Shown here piece by piece: positions 10,089-19,755 of a DNA stretch of 64,000 bases. The notes below the pieces were generated by a model that ran no database searches, had not been told where the DNA came from, and saw only the letters and a list, made by a program, of their open reading frames with translations. Source of the stretch: an uncultured delta proteobacterium (GTDB lineage Bacteria > Myxococcota_A > Polyangia > Polyangiales > Polyangiaceae); NCBI GenBank assembly GCA_963716725.1, contig CAVQUB010000015.1:192001-256000 (forward strand). The letters are read 5' to 3'. The position numbers were made by a program, and so were the translations under genes. Each line of letters starts with the position of its first letter. The first letter of the stretch is position 1.

Positions 10089-12661
10089 TTGGCAAAGCGG
10101 CAACTCCTCCTGGTCGATGCAGACCCGCGCAGCGTGCGGGTACTGGAAGTCAGCTTGAAGAAGGCTGGCTACAGCGTGACGACCGCGTCGGATGGCGGCG
10201 ATGCGCTGGCCAAGATCGAGTATTCGACGCCTGACCTCATCCTGACGGACACGCGCCTGCCGACGCTCGACGGATACGAGCTGGTGCGGCGTCTCAAGCA
10301 GAACCCTGATCTGAGCCAGATCCCGGTGGTGTTCCTGACCAGTCAGAAGTCCATCGAAGACAAGATCCGCGGCCTCGAGTTGGGAGTCGAAGACTACCTG
10401 ACCAAACCCATCTTCGTGCGGGAGCTCACTGCGCGCGTGAACCTGCTGCTTGCGCGGCGCACGCAAGAGCGCATGGCGACCAGCACGCCCGCTGGGGCGC
10501 GGACCCGCCTCTCGGGGGCGCTCGCCGACATGGGGGTGGTGGACATCATCCAGACCTTCGAGGTCAGCCGAAAGAGCGGCGAGGCTCGCATCACCACGGG
10601 TCGCGCGGAAGCCGTGATCTACTTCCGGGACGGCAAGGTCGTCGACGCACGCCTCGGCCGCCTGCGCGGCGAGGAGGCGGTCTACCGCGCGCTGATCTGG
10701 ACGACCGGCAGCTTCGAGGTCGAGTTCAAGGCGGTTGCCTGCGAGGACGTCGTGCCAACGACGACTCAGGGCCTGTTGATGGAAGGCATGCGCCGGGTGG
10801 ACGAGTGGGGTCGCCTGCTGGAGCAGTTGCCGCCGCTCACCACGCTCTTCGAGATCGATCACGATCAGCTCGTGGAGCGATTGGCCGAGATCCCGGACGA
10901 GCTGAACGGGATACTCCGGTTGTTCGACGGGCGCCGTACTCTGTTGGAGGTCGTGGACGATTCGCCCTTCGAGGACCTCTCGACGCTGTCCACGGTCACC
11001 AAGCTGTTCTTCGAGGGGCTGCTGGTCGCCGCGGCCCCTCGATCGGACGACGGTCGGACGACGTGGTTCCCAGCGCCGACGGCGAGGCGTTCCCCTTGCC
11101 TCGCGCTTCGGGGGAGCTGATCGTCGGGGACTCACCGGGGAGCGAGCTCAATGCAGCGCCATCGGTTCGCCCTCCCGCGCCCGACGTCTCCGTGCGCGGT
11201 TTCGGTCCCAAGACCCTGCCTGGCCTGGAGCCGGCCGATCGCGCCGCGGCCATCCGTGACTCTGGCCCGGTCCGCGTGGTCGTTCCGCCCGTCGACCTCC
11301 CGGTCTCGCGCGTGCCCGAGACGCGCGGCGGTCCGCCGACTTCGCTCTCGAGCACGCAGATGGGCCTGGGACCATCGCAGGACGCGGGACCGAAGACCAC
11401 GCTCCCGGACTCGCCCGAAGCTCGCGCCGCGGTGGCCATTGCTGCCAGCGCCGCGGCGGCTTCGCCGGCACCGACCGCTCGCGAAACGCCTGAAGCGCGA
11501 GCGGCAGCCACGGCCTCCATTGCGGCCAGCGCTGCGACGGCATCGCCGGCGCCAACGGCTCGCGAGACACCTGAAGCGCGAACGGCAGCCACGGCCACAG
11601 CCGCTGCCCCCGCCAAGGTGATTCCCTTTCCGGCGAGAAAAGACGAAGAAGCGAACGCGTCGGCGAGCGCGGCGACGACGGATGCACTGCCAGACTCTGG
11701 CCAGGAGGACGACGTGGGTAAGAAACGCGCGGGGGCGAAGAAGAAGAACCGAAAGCAGGAAGCCCCCGAGACCTCTCGCGAGACGCCGGGGGCGCAAGGC
11801 CGCGATGCGACCACGTTGCCGAGCGCCGAGGCCGAGGCCCGCGCTGCCATCGCAGCGAGCGCATTGGTCGCAGCACCGATGAAGGCCGAGGCCCTTGAAG
11901 TCGGGCCCGAGGCGGCGGACGAGAAGTCCAAGTCGGCGGACGAGAAGTCCAAATCGGCGGACGAGAAGTCCAAGTCGGTGGACGACAAGTCCAAGTCGGC
12001 AGACGACAAGTCCAAGTTGGCGGACGACAAGTCCAAGTCGGCGGGCGACAAGTCCAAGCGCGACAAGTCCAAGTCGGCCGACGACTCTTGGCATGGTCAT
12101 ATGCGCTTCTTCGCCGAGGGCGACGAAGGCAAGTACGAGGGTGGCCCGGCCAAGGCCCCGCCGCCCGAAGAACACCACGAACTGATCGAGGTGAACCCGC
12201 GACACTCCGTCACTCCCGAGCAGGAAGCGCGGCGCGCCAAGTTCGTGCGCTACGTCGCACTCATCACGGGCTTCGGTCTCGCGATTGCGCTGTTTGCTGC
12301 CTACCGTGCATCGCAGCAGGCCCAGGCGGATGCGATTCCGTCGACCGACGTCGTGACCTCTCCGCCGGTGCTCGTGAAACAGCCCGAGCCGAAGGTCGAA
12401 CCGGCAATCGAGCCGGCGGCGCCGCCCACCGCCGCGCCGAGCGCCGAGCCTGAGCCGGCGCCAGCGGCCGAAGCTCCGAAGGCCGAGCCCGAGCCGGCCA
12501 AGCCCGAGCCGGCCAAGCCTGAGCCGGTGGCCGCGAAGCCGCCGGTGCCGGTGGCGCCGAAGCCGCCGGTGCCCGTGGCGCCGGAGCCGCTCCCGCCGCC
12601 TGCGCTCCCACCCACCGCGACGACGGGCAAGCCGCCCACCGCGTCCTTTCCCCCGAACTGA
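10089..12661 (+). CDS. Response regulator with REC + DUF4388-like domain, long low-complexity region and TM; frameshift near 11050
   Basis: REC (LLVD, LTD, T, KP) then [19 protein letters not shown]; continues in a second frame ([11 protein letters not shown]...) to a TM and Pro-rich tail. Confidence 0.8.
11413..11600 (+). repeat. Coding repeat of ~75-81 nt (PEARAA...SPAPTARE), about 2.4 copies
   Basis: Repeated peptide and DNA units. Confidence 0.75.
11915..12084 (+). repeat. Coding 21-nt tandem repeat (D[ED]KSKSA), about 8 copies
   Basis: gcggacgagaagtccaagtcg repeated with few substitutions. Confidence 0.92.
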
Positions 12662-12668
12662 AGCTCGA

Positions 12669-13646
12669 TCAAGGGTTCGCGGGAGCCGGATCGCGCCGCG
12701 CGCTGTAGGCGATCTGACTCATGAACTTCGCACCGAAGTAGTGCGACAGCACACCCGCGGACTCGCCGTGGAAGATGCTCACGCGGGGCAGCCAAAAGTG
12801 GGAGCTCGAACCCGCTGCAATCGGAGCACCGGTCGCCCGGAACGCGGCGCGGTACCCGGCCTTCTTCACGGCGTCGGCGCTCACCGGATCGTACGCGCCC
12901 AAGGGGTAGTAGTAGGCGACGGGCGCGGTGCCGATGCGCTCGGTGATCAAGTCTCGGCTGAGCTCGAGCTCCTCCCACTGCCGCTTTCCGGTCAGAGCCA
13001 CCAGCCGCCGATGCATGTGACCGTGGCTCACGACCTCGCACAGGCCCGAGGCCACCATTTCGCGCGCGTGGTCCCAGGTCATTACCGGCGCGTTCTTCGG
13101 ATCTTCGAGCATGCCCGTGGGAATGCCCAGCGAGAAGCGCACGCCTCGCGCTTTCAAGATGGGCCAGGCTTTGGTGTACACGCTGATCAGCCCGTCATCG
13201 ATGCTGATCACCGCAACTCGAGCTGGCAGTGCCAGCTTGCCTTCGAGAAAATCGATGAGCTCGCTCACGGTCACGATCTCGACGCGATGATCGGCGAGCC
13301 ACGCGAGCTGAGCGTCGAAGTCACGGGTCCGCACGCTGAGCGGCTGAGCGCCGCGATTGAACGCGTGATAGAGCAGGACGACGGCGCGCGTTTCGCTCCT
13401 TGGAGCCACGGGCTCGGCGAAGGCGCGGCGAGCAGGAGCCGCGACGGGCGCGGTCTCGGGTTGGAGCTCGGGTCGGTCCAGGGAGAGCGGCTCGCTGGCG
13501 ACGGCGCGGGTCCCGGGCGGAGACGCGGACTGAGTCGAGGCGGCAGTCGCGTGGGGCCCGGGTGCGCTCGCCGGCTGGGCGCTCACGCAGCCCGAGAGCA
13601 GCCAAGCGAGGGTCGGGACGAAGCTCCGCACAGTGCCGGGCAGCAT
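12669..13646 (-). CDS. Polysaccharide deacetylase family lipoprotein (NodB/CE4)
   Basis: LSGC lipobox; LLYH, SIDDG, SHGHMH, YPLG, LPR motifs. Confidence 0.9.
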   Translation of the reverse strand: MLPGTVRSFVPTLAWLLSGCVSAQPASAPGPHATAASTQSASPPGTRAVASEPLSLDRPELQPETAPVAAPARRAFAEPVAPRSETRAVVLLYHAFNRGAQPLSVRTRDFDAQLAWLADHRVEIVTVSELIDFLEGKLALPARVAVISIDDGLISVYTKAWPILKARGVRFSLGIPTGMLEDPKNAPVMTWDHAREMVASGLCEVVSHGHMHRRLVALTGKRQWEELELSRDLITERIGTAPVAYYYPLGAYDPVSADAVKKAGYRAAFRATGAPIAAGSSSHFWLPRVSIFHGESAGVLSHYFGAKFMSQIAYSARRDPAPANP

Positions 13647-13684
13647 GGGGGCTTCAACCGGCGTTCAGCAACTTTTGTGAGGGT

Positions 13685-14680
13685 CTATCGCTTGCGAACC
13701 CGCGGATCGAGCACGGCGTAGGACAGATCGACCAAGAAGTTCGCCGCCACCACCATGGTCGAAAACAGGATCACCACCCCCATGATCACCGGTCCGTCGC
13801 GCTCGACGATGGCGTCGACGCTCAGCGAGCCGATGCCGGGCCAGCGGAAGATCTTCTCGGTCACGATGGCGCCACCGACCAGCGTGCCCATGCTGAGGCC
13901 CACCACTGTCACCAGCGGCATGAGCGCGTTGCGCAGGGCGTGGCGGACGATCACCACCCACTCGCGCTGCCCCTTGGCTCGCGCAGTGCGAATGTAGTCC
14001 TCTTTGAGGAGCGTGATCATCTCGTCGCGGACCAGCCGGGTGTAGTACGCCGCGCCGTAGAGCCCGAGGGTCAAGGCCGGCAGGAACGCGGAGTGGATCT
14101 GCTCGGCGCTGGTCTGCCCGTAGCCGTCGAGGGGGAAGAGCTTGAGCTCCCGGGCAAAGAAGTGCTGGAGGAGCAGCCCGGTCAGAAAGGTCGGCGCGCT
14201 GATGCCCACCAGCGTCAGCGCCACGGTGCCGTAGTCGAGCACGCCGTGGCGCTTCATGGCGGCGATCACGCCGGCTGCGGCCCCAATGGCCACTTCGATG
14301 GCGAGCGCGAGGATGCCCACGAGCAGCGTGGGCGGCAGCGCCTTGGCGAGCAGCTTGGTGACGGGCTTGCGCTTCAGGTAGCTCACGCCCAGATCGATGC
14401 GAACCGGCCCGACCGTCCACGCGCTGTCGTCCTTGGGATCGGCCGGCGGCTTGCCGACGCTCACCAGGTTCGACATGTAGAGCCCGTAGCGGATGTGCAC
14501 CGGTCGATCGAGGCCGAGCTGAGTGCGAATGCGCGCCACGTCCGCGGGCCTGGCCTGCGGACCAGCGATGACGCGCGCGGGGTCTTCGGGCAGCACGTTG
14601 TAGATGAAGAAGGTGGCGGTCACCACGGCCCAGATCGTGAAGAGCGACCAGAGCAGGCGGCGTCCCAGGTAGGCGAGCAT
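13685..14680 (-). CDS. Peptide/nickel ABC transporter permease (DppB/OppB family)
   Basis: DPARVIAG, LGLDRP, DYIRTARAKG, HALRNAL, LDPR. Confidence 0.93.
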   Translation of the reverse strand: MLAYLGRRLLWSLFTIWAVVTATFFIYNVLPEDPARVIAGPQARPADVARIRTQLGLDRPVHIRYGLYMSNLVSVGKPPADPKDDSAWTVGPVRIDLGVSYLKRKPVTKLLAKALPPTLLVGILALAIEVAIGAAAGVIAAMKRHGVLDYGTVALTLVGISAPTFLTGLLLQHFFARELKLFPLDGYGQTSAEQIHSAFLPALTLGLYGAAYYTRLVRDEMITLLKEDYIRTARAKGQREWVVIVRHALRNALMPLVTVVGLSMGTLVGGAIVTEKIFRWPGIGSLSVDAIVERDGPVIMGVVILFSTMVVAANFLVDLSYAVLDPRVRKR

Positions 14681-16449
14681 CAGCGACCGGCCTTCCCGCG
14701 CTTGGCGTGAGCCAGCGCCAGCGTGGTCTTCGGCGCTCGGCGCTCAGGGCAGGTGAAGCGATCGAGCAGTCTCAGGCTGCGGGAGCAGCCAGCATGGGCG
14801 AGCTTCTTCGCGGAGCCATCGAGCCAGGCGTTCCGCATGTACTGGCTGAGCACGGGGTGAGGGCGGTAACCGTGCACGTAGGGCTGCCAGAGTTCGTAGT
14901 AGCTGTAGGTGTAGGCGGTGGCCCAGGGTGCCTCTTGCACCACGATGTCTTCTGCCTTGCGGTAGAGGCTTTTGCGCTCACCATCGTTGGTCGAGCGACG
15001 CGCCCGATCCAGCACGTCGTCGAGCTCCTTGTTGGAGAAGAAGGCCGCGTTCTGGCTCTCCTCGTCTTGGATGCTCTTGCTGGCCAGGATCGGCTCGAAG
15101 AAGGTCGATGCGTCGGGGAAGTCGGCGTGCCAACCGGCGAAGCCCATCGGAGTGGTCTTGCGCCGACTGGTCTTCGCCAGGAAGGTCGGCCAGCCCACGA
15201 CCTGGATCTTCAGGCGGATGCCGATCCTCGCGAGCTGCTGTTGGTAGACTTCCGCAGCGGCCTGCGCAAACGAGTCGAGGATCGCGAGATACGGGATCTC
15301 GTGGGGATAACCGCCTTGCCCGGTCTTGGGATCGAAAGGGTAGCCAGCCAAGCGCATTTCCTCGAGCGCGCGCTGGTAGTCGAAGACCTGCTGCGGAACC
15401 CCGGGCTCCGAGGGCATGAGCACGTTGGGCACCATCTTGGCATGCGGACGTACGTGGCCGGGGCGCACGCTCGCGAGCTGCTCGCGGTCGATGGCGTAGC
15501 TGACTGCGCGCCGGACGTGGCGGTTGTCGAAGGGCGGCATCTCCGTGTTCATGAAGGTGCCGCCGGTGGTGAGCGACGGCTCCCATTCGCCCCGACCGCG
15601 CCACGCCGGGCTGGTCCGATACAACAAGCTGTCGGCTTCGCTCAGCTCTCGGATGTAGTCCAGGTCGCCCTGCTCGAATTTGAAGCGCTGCGTGAAGCTC
15701 TGCATCGACAGGAACCACTCGATGCCGTCCAGGTAGGGCTTGCCCTTGTCCCAGTAGCCCTCGTGCCGAACCATCTTGATGATCTGACCGTTCTCGTAGC
15801 GGGTGACCTTGAAGGGGCCGGCGCCGCAAGGGTTGGCCGCGAAGGTCCGCTCCCAGACCTTGCCGGCGCTCTTGCACACCGGCGCGACGATCGGCAACGC
15901 CATGATGTGCAAGAAGGTGGCGTCCGGCTCGCTGAGCTCGATGGCGATCTGGTAGTCGCCCTCGACCTTCACCCCGCTGAGATCTTCGACCTTGCCGTCG
16001 TGATAGGGGCCGTAACCCACGATGCGCTCGTAGTACGAGGGGACCGGGCACGGCGTCTTGACGTGTAGCGCGCGCTCGATGCTGCGCTTCACGTCGGCGG
16101 CGGTGAGCTCGGTCCCGTCGTGGAAGGTGACGCCGCGTCGGATCGGGAAGACGTAGCGTTTGCCGTCGGCCGAGACGTCGATGCGTTCGGCCAGCAGCGG
16201 CACGATCTTGCCCTCATCCGAGTAGCTGACTAGCCCGTCGTACACCAGTGACTCGATGGCGCTGGCGGCGGTGTCGAAGGCGGTGGCGGAGTCGAGCCCG
16301 CGCACGTCCGTGAAGAAGGCGGTCCGGAGCACGCCGCCCCGCTCTGGCGGGCCCTCGCGGTCCTCACCAATTGGAGGCGCTACCCCGGTGCTGCAGCCGA
16401 GCACCGCCAGGCACACCGCTAGCTCAATCTTCGTGCGGATCGAGCGCAT
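14680..16449 (-). CDS. Peptide/nickel ABC transporter substrate-binding lipoprotein (family 5)
   Basis: VLGC lipobox; VYDGLV, GVTFHDGTELTAADVK, GAGPFK, YWDKGKPYLD. Confidence 0.93.
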   Translation of the reverse strand: MRSIRTKIELAVCLAVLGCSTGVAPPIGEDREGPPERGGVLRTAFFTDVRGLDSATAFDTAASAIESLVYDGLVSYSDEGKIVPLLAERIDVSADGKRYVFPIRRGVTFHDGTELTAADVKRSIERALHVKTPCPVPSYYERIVGYGPYHDGKVEDLSGVKVEGDYQIAIELSEPDATFLHIMALPIVAPVCKSAGKVWERTFAANPCGAGPFKVTRYENGQIIKMVRHEGYWDKGKPYLDGIEWFLSMQSFTQRFKFEQGDLDYIRELSEADSLLYRTSPAWRGRGEWEPSLTTGGTFMNTEMPPFDNRHVRRAVSYAIDREQLASVRPGHVRPHAKMVPNVLMPSEPGVPQQVFDYQRALEEMRLAGYPFDPKTGQGGYPHEIPYLAILDSFAQAAAEVYQQQLARIGIRLKIQVVGWPTFLAKTSRRKTTPMGFAGWHADFPDASTFFEPILASKSIQDEESQNAAFFSNKELDDVLDRARRSTNDGERKSLYRKAEDIVVQEAPWATAYTYSYYELWQPYVHGYRPHPVLSQYMRNAWLDGSAKKLAHAGCSRSLRLLDRFTCPERRAPKTTLALAHAKRGKAGR

Positions 16450-17290
16450 CGCGCAGACCTTCTCCCACCAGGTTGAAGCCGAGAACAGCCAGGAAGATCA
16501 GGATTCCCGGGGCGAGGACCAGCCGCGGGGCGACGGTGTAGAAGCGCTGTCCTTCGAGCAACATGCGTCCCCAGGTCGCGGTCGGTGGCGGCAACCCGAC
16601 CTGCAGGTAGGACAGCACGCTCTCCGCGATGATCATTTGGGCCACCGACGCCGAGGCGATGACGATCAAGGGACCGGCGACGTTGGGCAGGATGTGGCGC
16701 AGCAGGATCGACGCCGTCGACTGCCCGAGGGCGCGCGAGGCCATGATGAAGTCCAGGTGGCGGACCTGAATGGTCTTGGCGCGGATGATGCGGGCGGTGC
16801 CGAACCAGCTGGTGAAGCCGAGCACCATCAAAATCGTCACGATGGTCGTGTCGCCGACGGCGGCACCGATGGCCATCACCAGCAATAGGTACGGAAAACT
16901 CAGACCGACGTCGACCATGCGCATCAAGAAGGTATCGACGGCCGCTGCTCGAGTCCCCTCGGCGTAGCCGCTGGTCAAACCCACGGCAGCGCCCACCACG
17001 ATGCTGATGGTGGTCGCGAAGAAGGCAACCAGCAGGGAGACACGGGCGCCATAGGCCAGCCGGCTGAATGAGTCGCGAAGCAAGGGATCGACCCCGAGCA
17101 GGTGCTGGCGGCTCGGGCCGAGCAGGCCGCCGGTCGAGTCACGCCCCGCGCTGAAGTCGCTCAGGTTCGGGTCATGGCCCGCGAACATCGGTCCGAACAC
17201 GGCGAACGACACCAGCGCCACGACCAGGGCAGCGCCGACGACGGCGCCTCGGTTCTTCTTGAAGCGACGGGAGGCACGCGGGTCGAACAC
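16424..17290 (-). CDS. Peptide/nickel ABC transporter permease (DppC/OppC family)
   Basis: HLLGVD..RD.FSRL.YGARVSL, RHILPN, GEGLRDALDP. Confidence 0.93.
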   Translation of the reverse strand: MFDPRASRRFKKNRGAVVGAALVVALVSFAVFGPMFAGHDPNLSDFSAGRDSTGGLLGPSRQHLLGVDPLLRDSFSRLAYGARVSLLVAFFATTISIVVGAAVGLTSGYAEGTRAAAVDTFLMRMVDVGLSFPYLLLVMAIGAAVGDTTIVTILMVLGFTSWFGTARIIRAKTIQVRHLDFIMASRALGQSTASILLRHILPNVAGPLIVIASASVAQMIIAESVLSYLQVGLPPPTATWGRMLLEGQRFYTVAPRLVLAPGILIFLAVLGFNLVGEGLRDALDPHED

Positions 17291-17333
17291 GGGTGTCCTC
17301 CCATTACCCTTCCCGCGGCCCGGTCGAAAGCGC

Positions 17334-18165
17334 TCAGCGGTCCTCGCCCAGGAAGCGACGCGTCGCGGCGCCCACCTCTTGTGGCCTCTCTTCTTGGGGG
17401 CAGTGTCCGGCGTCCACGAGCTCGAGGCGAGCCCCGCGGATTTGGCGGGAAAGGCGCTGCCCGAAGGCGGCAGGGCAGACGCGGTCGTGGCGCCCCCAGA
17501 TCACCAAGGTGGGGGTCTCGATGCGGGGCGTCAGCGCGATGATGGCACGCGCATCCGCCGTCGCGCGCATGGTGGCGAGGGCACTGCCACGCGACGCGGG
17601 AGTGTTGAAGAGATTCGTAGTAGCGGTCGATCCGAGCGGTGTCGACCCGAGAGTCCGGACCGAGCAACGAGCGTCGGAAGATCGACCGAAACCCGGCTCG
17701 ACCGAGCAACTGCTTCACCACGAGGCCGCCGAGGATGGGCACTGCCGCGACTCGCGTCGGAAGACTGGGTTCGAGGGCGTTCGGCGCCGCATCGATCAAC
17801 ACGAGCTTGCTCACGAGCTCGGGGTGGCGAGCTGCCAGCGTGATTGCGATGGTGCCGCCCAGCCCCTGACCGACCACCACCGCCCGCCCGAGGCCCAACC
17901 CACCGTAGAGATCGACGACGGCGTCGGTGAAGGCGTCCACGTCGTAGGCGAAGCGGACCGCCGGGGGCTTCTCGCTCTCGCCGAAGCCCGGGAGATCCGG
18001 CATCACGTGATGGAACGCCGGTCCGAGAGCGCTGCAGAGCTCGCTCCAAGTCGAGTGGTCCAGGTGGATGCCGTGCAGGTACAGAACCGGCGGTCCGGTG
18101 CCTTCCTCGCGCACTCGCAGGCGAACGCCGCCCGCCAACACGTCGCGGTAGCGCGGCTCGTCCAT
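17334..18165 (-). CDS. Alpha/beta hydrolase; 1-nt frameshift at ~17614
   Basis: LHG, DLPGFGES, PTLVIWG.HD, AGHCPQEE; halves join on removing one base in GATTC (YYDLFNTP...). Confidence 0.85.
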
Positions 18166-18289
18166 GGCGGGCAGGGTACCACCACTTCGGCGCGACCCTC
18201 GGGGGGCGAGGGAGCAAGCCGTTCTTGCCGGAACTCATCGCCGCGCTCCGCCGCTCGGCGGGCTCCGGAGCGTTTCCCCCACGCAGCTG

Positions 18290-18454
18290 GCTCGGCGGAT
18301 TCACAGGAAGCCGGGAAGTCGGGAAGAAGATTTCGATTGTCCGCGCTCGGCGGATTCACAGGAAGTCGGGAAGTCGGGAAGGGGATTTCGACCGTCCGCG
18401 CTCGGCGGATTCACAGGAAGCCGGGAAGTCGGGAAGAAGATTTCGATCGTCCGC
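18290..18454. repeat. Intergenic tandem repeat, 3 x 55 bp
   Basis: gctcggcggattcacaggaagYcgggaagtcgggaagRRgatttcgaYYgtccgc at 18290, 18345 and 18400, with no spacers. Confidence 0.95.
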
Positions 18455-18634
18455 CTGGGTAACGGCAGCGGCCAGCTGACGCGCTTCGGTGCTCACCGCG
18501 AACTGGGCGCTCGGGTTCAGGCCATCCACCACGAGGCGTCGCAGCTCTCGCCCTAGGCTCGCTGGATTGATACGACACACGCTTCACGACGCCGACGAGT
18601 GCGCAGCTGTCAATACTGAAACCGTGGAGGTAGT

Positions 18635-18670
18635 TCCATCTGAGTCCATCTGAGTCCATCTGAGTCCATG
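18635..18670. repeat. 10-bp tandem repeat (tgagtccatc), about 3.6 copies
   Basis: tccatc tgagtccatc tgagtccatc tgagtccatg. Confidence 0.92.
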
Positions 18671-18971
18671 TGGGATGGAGTAGGGAATGGACACTCACCT
18701 GCACACGCGTCGATGTCGTCTGAGCCCTTCGTTCAGTGGAAGCGACGGGTTAGCGATGTAGTTCCATGTACGCAACGACCGTCGCAGATCGCTCGCGAGG
18801 GACGCTGAGATGTGACAAGAAATGTCTCACCATGAAGGCGGTTTCGCGTCCATGGAGCGGACTGGGAACGAGTGCAAAAAAAAAGGTGGAAAGCGTTTTG
18901 GGTGATCCACTCAATAGAATATATTCGCTCGCGTCAGGGGTGCCGCAGGGGCGGCGCCGACGAGCACGACG

Positions 18972-19544
18972 ATGCCGGGTATCGACGACACGACGCTGAG
19001 CCAGATCGAAAGGGAGCACCCAGCCGGGCTGAGCTCCGCGGAGATCCTGGACATCTTCGCCACCCACGGGGTGGCGCTGTCGGAGGCGACCCTGCGCAAG
19101 TACGTTCAGCTCGGGCTCCTGCCTCGAAGCATCCGGGTGGGGCGCAAGGGCAAGCACCAGGGCTCGCAAGGCATCTACCCCGTCAGCGTGGTTCGTCAGA
19201 TCTCGCGCATCAAGCAGATGATGGCAGAGAGCTACACCATCGATCAGATCCAGCGAGAGTTCCTGTTCATGCGCAGCGACTTGCAGGCCCTCGAGCAGAC
19301 GCTCGCCGGGTTGTTCGAGAAGCTGGCGAGAATCGTGGGCGACAAGCGCCGTGGGGACGACCCTGGGACGACCCTGGGAAGTACCCGTAGGGGTGAGCCC
19401 CAGAAGTGGGGTGCGACGGCCAAGGCCGTTGCGCGCGACGTGAGCGAGGCTCGCTCGCTCAGCAAAGACTTGTTGGTCCGACTTGGGGCCATTGAATCGC
19501 GGCTCACGTCGCGGACGAAGCTTGAGAGGGTGGTCGCTTCCTGA
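18972..19544 (+). CDS. MerR-like winged-helix DNA-binding protein
   Basis: SEATLRKYVQLGLLPRS..GIYP...ISRIKQMM.ESYTIDQI resembles the MerR HTH; coiled-coil C-terminus. Confidence 0.75.
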   Translation: MPGIDDTTLSQIEREHPAGLSSAEILDIFATHGVALSEATLRKYVQLGLLPRSIRVGRKGKHQGSQGIYPVSVVRQISRIKQMMAESYTIDQIQREFLFMRSDLQALEQTLAGLFEKLARIVGDKRRGDDPGTTLGSTRRGEPQKWGATAKAVARDVSEARSLSKDLLVRLGAIESRLTSRTKLERVVAS

Positions 19545-19579
19545 GGGAGACGACCGACGATTTGGGATTGACGATGTGA

Positions 19580-19656
19580 CTTGAGGCGGACCCGAGGGGC
19601 AACCCCGCGTGTGACGGCAGGCTCGTCGCACAACGAACTCGGGTGTCGCGCTTGGG
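19580..19656 (+). ncRNA. Candidate structured cis-regulatory RNA (three-way junction)
   Basis: acccgag(19590-96)/ctcgggt(19638-44) closes a gggcaaccc hairpin (GCAA loop) and a gtgtgacg/cgtcgcac hairpin; folded by eye only. Confidence 0.3.
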
Positions 19657-19755
19657 CTGGAACAGTCGAGGCGAAAACCACGTGAACGGGACGGGCTCCC
19701 GGCCGCGACGGGGATCGTGCGTGCACTGAGCGGACACGGAGATCTGGAGGCAGTG

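Noticed and set aside
18290..18454. CRISPR array
   Set aside because: The repeat units abut directly with no unique spacers, and there are no cas genes in the window
18164..18704. Short ORFs across the repeat region
   Set aside because: They merely translate the 55-bp and 10-bp repeats in shifting frames, with no protein-like features or RBS
18166..18971. oriC or dif site in the long intergenic region
   Set aside because: No convincing DnaA boxes, no dif consensus and no dnaA/gidA context
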